A stretch of DNA of 35,435 bases from a virus. Where the stretch lies: UHGV virus genome UHGV-0135847, one strand, 5' to 3'. The notes below the pieces were generated by a model. It saw nothing but the letters and a program-made list of their open reading frames with translations. It had not been told where the DNA came from and did no database searches. This document shows, piece after piece, positions 1 through 6,293 of the stretch. Position 1 is the first letter of the stretch; each line of letters begins with the position of its first letter. Both the position numbers and the translations under genes were made by a program.

Positions 1-1002
1 TTACCCTCTATTGTCAAAAGGGTTCAATTCAACAGCAGCCTCTAAATGACCTGGAGCAAAATGCGCATAACGCATAGTCATTTTTATATCGCTATGCCCC
101 AGTATTTTTTGCAACACAAGAATATTTCCGCCCCGCATCATAAAATGACTGGCAAACGTGTGACGTAGCACATGAGTTAATTGCCCATCAGGAAGCTCGA
201 TCTTCGCTCTCTTAATTGCAGCGTCAAAAGCCTCATAACATGGTGAAAATAGCGCTCCTCGTTTTTTAGGAAGCATAGCTTGCAATTGAGGTGAAATCGG
301 TACAGTGCGGTTCTTCTTTCCTTTAGTTTTAACAAATGTGATTCGACCGGGCAGTACTTGAGATTGCTTTAATCCTTCTGCTTCACTCCACCGAGCACCA
401 GTCGCAAGCCCAATACGGACAACAACCCCCAAATCTTTATTCCGTGACTCATCACACGCAATCAGAAGGCGTTCAATCTCATCTACATACAGAAACGCCA
501 GTTCCTTTTCTTCCTCACGAAACTTGCGAATACCGGTCAGGGGGTTTTCACCAGACCACTCTCCAAGGCGCTTCAGTTCGGCAAAAACAGCATGTAGATA
601 TGACTGCTCGCGATTAACGGTTGCTTCACTAAGTTTTTTCTTCCCCTTGGGATTCCATTCTCCTGATAGCCTTCTTTCCCGATAAGTAGCAAACATATTT
701 TTGTCAAACTGAGAAGCAAATGGATCTCCCAGCCTGGAACAAATCGCCTCAAGTTTGACTTTGCGCTCTGCACCAGAGGACAAGGTTTTACCGTACATCT
801 CAAACCAGCGAGCAATCAACTCAGAAAGACGAGGACCAGAACCATCTTGAAACTCGTCTCCAACTCTACTATTCATTAAACGGCGCTCATAAGAGAGCGC
901 CTCACTTTTTGTCGCAAACTGTTTACGAATGCGTTTTCCCGATGCCCCGTAGGGATAACATTCGCAAAGCCATTTACCTGATGGAATCTTACGAACCGAC
1001 AT
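1..1002 (-). CDS. int: Tyrosine-recombinase phage integrase
   Basis: 333 aa; C-terminal catalytic region with HxLRHT and terminal RYAHF Tyr motif typical of P2/186 integrases; stop codon at bases 1-3. Confidence 0.9.
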   Translation of the reverse strand: MSVRKIPSGKWLCECYPYGASGKRIRKQFATKSEALSYERRLMNSRVGDEFQDGSGPRLSELIARWFEMYGKTLSSGAERKVKLEAICSRLGDPFASQFDKNMFATYRERRLSGEWNPKGKKKLSEATVNREQSYLHAVFAELKRLGEWSGENPLTGIRKFREEEKELAFLYVDEIERLLIACDESRNKDLGVVVRIGLATGARWSEAEGLKQSQVLPGRITFVKTKGKKNRTVPISPQLQAMLPKKRGALFSPCYEAFDAAIKRAKIELPDGQLTHVLRHTFASHFMMRGGNILVLQKILGHSDIKMTMRYAHFAPGHLEAAVELNPFDNRG

Positions 1003-1007
1003 TTTAG

Positions 1008-1355
1008 TTACTTATCACATAAATCAAATGCAGCCTTAGTGACATCCCCCAGACTCTTTTTTAACCCTGGGGCGGCATCATTATCTAGCCAAAATGGATT
1101 ATTGTTATCTAACGGTAACGCACCAAATGTTTTACCTTTTATTCGAGCCAAACCTGTAAGTGCATATAACTTATTATCGTCAAAATTCATCACATAAGGA
1201 TTACCATCAAGACACTGTAATTGAACCTCATCAGTATTAAATGGCCATACCCCATTGAAACTCTCACGTTCAATAGTTTTAAAAGGCATTGCGACGGCGG
1301 AAAAAGAAAACATAGATAAAAAAGTAACTAATAGTTGAACCTTTTTTACTTTCAT
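1008..1355 (-). CDS. Small secreted (signal-peptide) protein of unknown function, lysogen-expressed cargo
   Basis: 115 aa; N-terminal MKVKKVQLLVTFLSMFSFSAVA looks like a Sec signal peptide with AxA cleavage site; two Cys in mature part; GAGGT RBS; 5 nt upstream of int start on same strand. Confidence 0.6.
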   Translation of the reverse strand: MKVKKVQLLVTFLSMFSFSAVAMPFKTIERESFNGVWPFNTDEVQLQCLDGNPYVMNFDDNKLYALTGLARIKGKTFGALPLDNNNPFWLDNDAAPGLKKSLGDVTKAAFDLCDK

Positions 1356-1384
1356 ATCATTACCTCAATTTAGCTCAAGTAAGA

Positions 1385-2035
1385 TTACAAATTAAAAAAC
1401 GCCCTAGAAATGACACCGCCTACCAAAACCCCTACGCAGATAAAGAATATTATTTCTTTTGGATAAAGTCGGATTAATTCTGAAGCACGAAGTCGGACTT
1501 CTGGTAAGGTCGAACTCTCTGTGTGGCTTGATGCCGATTGTTGCTCTAACCACGACAATGCAGACTGTAACTGAGAACGAGTAAGATCGTTTAAACGTCC
1601 TGTACCGAAATTGATATGGCAATACCGCAGAAGTTTTTGTCGAAGTCCACAGTCTTCACTGTTACGTAGTAATAAACTTACAAGAGCCTTACAGGCATCA
1701 TGATCTTTACATCGCTCAAGCATTGCATGCAGAAAACTCTCCGCTGTTTTATATTGATTTACTGTCATATCATCAATACCAGCTACACCAATCTCCGCAT
1801 GTACTTTTTGCCAAATAATAAACGCTTCAGTATTGCTAGCTTCTGCAATAGCAGCAACCAAGCTATTTAGCTCCTTACGCTGAGCCTTAAGCAAAGGGCG
1901 ATCGTCATCATCATTATTCGAAGGGATTGCGATATTGACGGTATGAGAACCATCATATCGCTCTATCTGAATATTCTTTTCGTGAAAATCACGCCCAGCA
2001 ACGCGATTGTTTGAACCGTTTGAGTTGACGGCCAT
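1385..2035 (-). CDS. Hypothetical protein with C-terminal transmembrane anchor, lysogen-expressed cargo
   Basis: 216 aa; strong GGGAGG RBS; hydrophobic C-terminal segment IIFFICVGVLVGGVI; N-terminus carries a 13-aa motif also present at repressor C-terminus; 15 nt downstream of repressor stop. Confidence 0.6.
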   Translation of the reverse strand: MAVNSNGSNNRVAGRDFHEKNIQIERYDGSHTVNIAIPSNNDDDDRPLLKAQRKELNSLVAAIAEASNTEAFIIWQKVHAEIGVAGIDDMTVNQYKTAESFLHAMLERCKDHDACKALVSLLLRNSEDCGLRQKLLRYCHINFGTGRLNDLTRSQLQSALSWLEQQSASSHTESSTLPEVRLRASELIRLYPKEIIFFICVGVLVGGVISRAFFNL

Positions 2036-2050
2036 GTCACCTCCCTACTA

Positions 2051-2455
2051 TCACCTACCCTTAGTTTCGTTATAGTCACGACCAGCGATACGGTTATTAC
2101 CACCAGAAATATTTAACTCACGTCCTGATGGCTGAGTTTCCTTTTCACTGATCGCACCTTTTAAAGCCCCAATCACCGCGTTTTTCACATCTAACGAAGC
2201 TGCTCGAAAGCGAGTAATCAATTCCTGCTCATCATCGTTATAAGTTTCAGGTGAGTGAATTCCCAACACAACATACTGAACATCAAGGCCAAAACGAGAC
2301 AGCGCTGCCAAATACGCAGCATCAGGAAAGCTATCTCCTTTCTCATATCTAAGCTGAGTTAGCTTTTTGACTCCACCAATGTCGCTCATGGCAACTTGAC
2401 TAAGTCCCAATCTTTCCCTTTCCTCACGCAACCGCTGACCAATATCATTTTTCAT
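2051..2455 (-). CDS. XRE-family helix-turn-helix immunity repressor (C/CI-like); start taken at internal Met (MKNDIGQRL)
   Basis: HTH signature IGQRLREERERLGLSQVAMSDIGGVKKLTQLRYEKG near N-terminus; divergent from early operon; longer ORF in track begins 2530 but would overlap the divergent promoter. Confidence 0.75.
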   Translation of the reverse strand: MKNDIGQRLREERERLGLSQVAMSDIGGVKKLTQLRYEKGDSFPDAAYLAALSRFGLDVQYVVLGIHSPETYNDDEQELITRFRAASLDVKNAVIGALKGAISEKETQPSGRELNISGGNNRIAGRDYNETKGR

Positions 2456-2465
2456 ACAAAAAACC

Positions 2466-2489
2466 TTGACAGGTATCTTTTTTGATACC
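2466..2489. promoter_or_regulatory. Early promoter -35 (TTGACA) followed by perfect palindrome GGTATC-N6-GATACC, candidate repressor operator in the divergent switch region
   Basis: TTGACA at 2466-2471; inverted repeat GGTATCTTTTTTGATACC at 2472-2489; weak -10-like CAAAAT at 2489-2494; lies between the repressor start (2455) and first early gene (2532). Confidence 0.4.
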
Positions 2490-2531
2490 AAAATGATTTC
2501 ACGAGCTATTAGATGATCACAATATACCACT

Positions 2532-2738
2532 ATGAAACAAGTTCTTCACGATACCAGATCACGCATTCCGCGTAACACCGCCACAGGTCCAAGACTGGCA
2601 CTTCGGCTGTCCCTCGAGGAGCGAGCCGTCATTGATGAAATGGCAGCTAAAGAACAACGCTCATCCTCTAACATGGCGCGCATGATCTTCCTTCGCGGCC
2701 TAGAGCTAACCCAGAAAGAACAAAACAAATCTTCCTGA
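2532..2738 (+). CDS. Small early regulator, possible ribbon-helix-helix / Cro-like protein
   Basis: 68 aa; first gene of early operon; segment LALRLSLEERAVIDEMAAKE resembles an RHH beta-strand/helix; assignment by position and composition only. Confidence 0.45.
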   Translation: MKQVLHDTRSRIPRNTATGPRLALRLSLEERAVIDEMAAKEQRSSSNMARMIFLRGLELTQKEQNKSS

Positions 2739-2754
2739 TCAGGAGGCTAGTGGG

Positions 2755-2958
2755 ATGTCAGGTATAACCATCAATATCAATGTGAATGCCCCCTATGTAT
2801 CCCTGCAGAAATATGCAGAGATAACAGGTATCCCTCTTAATACATGCAAAAAGATGTTGGCTGACGGTCGAATTATTATCCGCCCCAAACGCGCCAAAAT
2901 GGAAAAGCCTGAAGTAAACCTTGTGGCGATGTTAAAAGACGCTTTGGCTAACAGCTAA
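2755..2958 (+). CDS. Cox/Apl-like small HTH protein (excisionase / lysogenic-promoter repressor type)
   Basis: 67 aa; PYVSLQKYAEITGIPLNTCKKMLADGRI resembles the HTH region of P2 Cox as recalled; position in early operon. Confidence 0.5.
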   Translation: MSGITININVNAPYVSLQKYAEITGIPLNTCKKMLADGRIIIRPKRAKMEKPEVNLVAMLKDALANS

Positions 2959-2979
2959 AACAATGAACAGAGCACCATC

Positions 2980-3330
2980 ATGAAAAAAAACGCTGATAAT
3001 CCATACTCCAAATTTCGTAATGGCGTAGAACGCCATGTACACCACGTCGCTACCAGTGCATCACGTAGTAACAGTCGCTATAACCTGAACGAGACGCACG
3101 CAACACCGGATGGCCACGCTGTAAAACAAATCGGCGAACATGCCTGGCTGATTGAAAAAGCTGGAATCGTGGTCCACAAATGCCCACGCAATCCGTTTAC
3201 CGGAAACCGCATTTTTGCATTGAACTGCGGCGACAATCACTTCGGGCAGGATTTCACATTATACGAAGCACTTCGCACGGTTGATCGTCTGCTTCGCGGG
3301 CAAAGTTTTATTAAACAGGCTGATTTTTAA
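2980..3330 (+). CDS. Hypothetical early protein
   Basis: 116-aa ORF in early operon; no recognisable motif. Confidence 0.45.
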   Translation: MKKNADNPYSKFRNGVERHVHHVATSASRSNSRYNLNETHATPDGHAVKQIGEHAWLIEKAGIVVHKCPRNPFTGNRIFALNCGDNHFGQDFTLYEALRTVDRLLRGQSFIKQADF

Positions 3331-3340
3331 CAGGTGCTTT

Positions 3341-3619
3341 ATGACTAAAGAGCATGCACAAGGTGTATTTATCCGTTTTATTGATTTTCGCGGTGAACTG
3401 TTATTACGCGCATCAGCCATTGACGGAGTTGTTCCATCCGAAAAAAACGCAGCTACTTACGTTTATCTGAACGGTACGCGCCTGACTGTGGAGCTTCCGT
3501 ACCAGACCGTACGAGAAATCATTAGTGAAGCTGAAAAGGCACGTCAGGTTAATGGCGATGAACCCTATATCGAAATTATTTGTATGGATTCAGAAGCTGA
3601 AATTCAGAAAGCAGATTAA
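3341..3619 (+). CDS. Hypothetical early protein (start at ATG 3341)
   Basis: ORF track 3281..3619 trimmed to first ATG after upstream stop; no motif recognised. Confidence 0.45.
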   Translation: MTKEHAQGVFIRFIDFRGELLLRASAIDGVVPSEKNAATYVYLNGTRLTVELPYQTVREIISEAEKARQVNGDEPYIEIICMDSEAEIQKAD

Positions 3620-3630
3620 AGGGCGTTGCG

Positions 3631-3873
3631 ATGGGCAAAGAATATAAAACTCTCATTAACAAAGCACTTGAACGATTTTATTTTCGCTTAAGTGCATCAG
3701 GCGCTCATGCTGAACATGCAGCCCGTGACTCATTGACCAGGGCAATCCGGAGTTTGTATGACGTTGCTTTTTACGCTGATGATCTGGATGCACTTAACGA
3801 ACTTTCCGAGCTGATCTGTGCCGCAGAATGCGGGGAACACATTGAACCATATAAGCTGGGGAATATCGCATGA
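3631..3873 (+). CDS. Hypothetical early protein
   Basis: 80-aa ORF; stop overlaps start of the following small ORF (ATGA). Confidence 0.45.
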   Translation: MGKEYKTLINKALERFYFRLSASGAHAEHAARDSLTRAIRSLYDVAFYADDLDALNELSELICAAECGEHIEPYKLGNIA

Positions 3874-3983
3874 GTATATTTATCTCATGGCTTGTTCTGA
3901 TTATTTCGGTGGCCTGCGCCATTGGGATTATGCGAATTATTCATTCAGTAAAAAAGATTGAACGCTTTTTCACTGACGAATAA
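3870..3983 (+). CDS. Possible 37-aa single-pass membrane peptide (not in ORF track, below length cutoff)
   Basis: ATG at 3870 overlapping preceding TGA (ATGA coupling); translation MSIFISWLVLIISVACAIGIMRIIHSVKKIERFFTDE, hydrophobic helix then basic tail. Confidence 0.3.
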   Translation: MSIFISWLVLIISVACAIGIMRIIHSVKKIERFFTDE

Positions 3984-4075
3984 CAGCTTAAACAAAACAC
4001 CAGATTAAACCCGAAAACCTGAAAACTATCCGCATTCGCGGAGGTATTCGCACACGTAAATAACGGAGATATAAA

Positions 4076-4492
4076 ATGAACGCAAAAGAAGAAGGCATTA
4101 TCGACACATTAAAAAAAATATCAGAAGCGGAAGATGAAATGGCTAAAGATGCCGTGAAGCGTAGCCAACATATGGCAGCACTTCACGCACTGACCATTGC
4201 AAAAATCACCGCTGACGCAGCCAAAATTATTGAGGAACAGAGCAAAGAAATCGACACTCTTAAAACACAGTCAACAGTTGCAGCCATGAATCCGTCCAGC
4301 ATTGGACGCTGCATTTATATTCTTGGTTCAGCAATGATGCTGCAATACACCATTATTGCCGAACTGCACGGCAAATACCTGATAACGCCTTACCACACAA
4401 AAGAGTCAGAGCTTCTGACAAATCTCCGCCTGATAGAACGCTCTCAAGCTGTATTCATTGATGACGCGCAACGTGCCGTATTTAACGCATAG
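4076..4492 (+). CDS. Hypothetical early protein
   Basis: 138-aa ORF with GGAG RBS upstream; no motif recognised. Confidence 0.5.
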   Translation: MNAKEEGIIDTLKKISEAEDEMAKDAVKRSQHMAALHALTIAKITADAAKIIEEQSKEIDTLKTQSTVAAMNPSSIGRCIYILGSAMMLQYTIIAELHGKYLITPYHTKESELLTNLRLIERSQAVFIDDAQRAVFNA

Positions 4493-4515
4493 GGTTACTG
4501 GACAAAGGGGGCGCA

Positions 4516-4719
4516 ATGGCAATTAAGCATTTTTCCGTCGTTCGCTTTACCTCCAGAGGGCGCGAATACGAGGTCGACGAACGCCTGATTACCACTATCG
4601 ACAAACATCGTTCGGAAAAGGATGCACACCACATCTACCTCACTGACGGCACTTACTTCTGCGCCACCAACGTGGCGCGAGTAAATCTTATCCGACAGGT
4701 ACAGGAGCCACGCAGATGA
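4516..4719 (+). CDS. Hypothetical early protein
   Basis: 67-aa ORF, stop overlaps next start. Confidence 0.4.
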   Translation: MAIKHFSVVRFTSRGREYEVDERLITTIDKHRSEKDAHHIYLTDGTYFCATNVARVNLIRQVQEPRR

Positions 4720-4982
4720 CCATTCTGGACTACATCGCTACTCATCCGGGGTGTAGCGGCGGAGAGATCACCGCAGCACTGAATACCCCAACCACAGCCA
4801 TTAATGCTGAGTTACGCCGACTTTGGCGCGGCGGCTTAGTCATCAGAACAAACCGCAGCACAGGTGGTCGCGCTCGCAAAACAGGAGGCCAGGCTTCTTA
4901 CCACGTAAACCCGATGCCGTTCGGGTGTAGCAATCCACTTACCAACATGTTTAACCAGCTACTGAAGGAAGCCAGAGCATGA
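4716..4982 (+). CDS. Hypothetical early protein, possibly winged-helix DNA binding
   Basis: 88 aa; N-terminal ILDYIATHPGCSGGEITAALN...INAELRRLWRGGLV pattern resembles a winged HTH; overlapping start/stop with neighbours. Confidence 0.45.
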   Translation: MTILDYIATHPGCSGGEITAALNTPTTAINAELRRLWRGGLVIRTNRSTGGRARKTGGQASYHVNPMPFGCSNPLTNMFNQLLKEARA

Positions 4983-5278
4983 GCACCATCAACCACCAGA
5001 AGCTACGCGAACTGGCATTTGCCCTGCAACGAATGGCAACGCCTCAAAAATTACTGGCATTTCGCGCAATGCTCTCGCCGTCTGCTGTGCTGGCACTGCT
5101 GGATCAGCTGGAGCACGCCAGAACCACGGCTCCTGCCATTCGCCTCACGCTCCATCATGAAATCGCTGATTTCTGCGCAACGCTGGGGGCACCTGGCGAA
5201 CCGGAAACGCCGGAAGCAATGCAGCAAGAGCTGCTGCAACGCATCGATAACGTTTTTGATTTTTTTCTGAACCAGTAA
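4979..5278 (+). CDS. Hypothetical early protein
   Basis: 99-aa ORF; followed by ~320 bp structured non-coding region. Confidence 0.45.
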   Translation: MSTINHQKLRELAFALQRMATPQKLLAFRAMLSPSAVLALLDQLEHARTTAPAIRLTLHHEIADFCATLGAPGEPETPEAMQQELLQRIDNVFDFFLNQ

Positions 5279-5400
5279 GAAACCAGAACATGCACACACA
5301 AAAAAACCGCTTGCCATGCCGCAATCGGTCAGGTTACATTTCCGCTGCACCTCATAAAACGGGTGCCGGGATTCTCAACCCGATACAGAGCAAAGCGCAT

Positions 5401-5421
5401 AACCGCGCAAGCGGTTTTTTT
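5401..5421 (+). terminator. Candidate intrinsic terminator (AACCGC-GCAA-GCGGTT hairpin with GNRA loop followed by T7 run)
   Basis: Sequence aaccgcgcaagcggttttttt read directly; located inside the early region between ORFs. Confidence 0.45.
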
Positions 5422-5600
5422 GTGCGTACTGTATTGCCACGTCTTTTTCGCGTCAGAATTATGGCGGGGCGTACGGGGCCGACTTCGGTCGGGCCGGATT
5501 CTTTGCTCTCCGGTGTTGAGAACCCTGTACGTCTCGCCACCCCGAGATTCTCAACTCTGGATGGTGAGTTATTTCTATCACCGAGCAAAGAGGCCACACC

Positions 5601-5831
5601 ATGGCAGACCGCAAACAGCACCGCGCTATCGCGGAGCGTCGTCACATCCAGACTGAAATCAACCGCAGACTTTCCCGCGCATCACGCGTCGCGCAAATCA
5701 TGCACATCAATATGCTGCATGAGCGCAGCCACGCACTATCAAACATTTATTCCGCCTCTGTTTTCAGCTATCTGGCGGATGATCTGCACGAGCTTCAACA
5801 GCTCATCCAGCAGCAAAACAAACTCCATTAA
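5601..5831 (+). CDS. Hypothetical small basic protein
   Basis: 76-aa ORF with AGAGG RBS 7 nt upstream. Confidence 0.4.
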   Translation: MADRKQHRAIAERRHIQTEINRRLSRASRVAQIMHINMLHERSHALSNIYSASVFSYLADDLHELQQLIQQQNKLH

Positions 5832-5903
5832 TTCCTGTTCCGGGCCTTTCCTGCACCTTGCGGCGGGAGGCCTTCGCACATCTGTAGTAAAGAGAATTGC
5901 AGC

Positions 5904-6293
5904 ATGATTGACGCTCATGACTTCACAAGATGGGTGCGCACACAGGACACCCGTCTGGCTCCCGTTCTTCAGGGGTTATTTGATCTCTACATCCGTGGTC
6001 GTGACAACAGAGCACGCACCACAAAACCGGAGAATGCAGACACCCTTTATTTCACAGTAGACGACTGCTACCGCGTGGATTTCACACCACACGGACTGGC
6101 GTTGCACTGCCTGACACCGCACGGCGAATCACTGCTGGCGTATTACGACTCCCCGGCCTCCGTATTTGCAGCAATGCTGGCGCATCGCACTGCTGGCGGG
6201 TGTGCCTCGCTGAGTGAATACACCGCTGAATTTAACCGCCTTTCCGTCCTCTTCTCGCAGGAGTGGCAGCGCGTGACGGGATACCAGCCATGA
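5904..6293 (+). CDS. Hypothetical protein, translationally coupled to replication gene A
   Basis: 129-aa ORF; stop TGA overlaps ATG of gene A at 6290 (ATGA). Confidence 0.5.
   Translation: MIDAHDFTRWVRTQDTRLAPVLQGLFDLYIRGRDNRARTTKPENADTLYFTVDDCYRVDFTPHGLALHCLTPHGESLLAYYDSPASVFAAMLAHRTAGGCASLSEYTAEFNRLSVLFSQEWQRVTGYQP

Noticed and set aside
5290-5907. 205-aa plus-strand ORF (and overlapping 97-aa ORFs on both strands) across the early-region gap
   Set aside because: Ser/Arg-rich, crosses hairpins and a terminator-like element, and overlaps the better-supported 76-aa ORF in another frame; region interpreted as non-coding.
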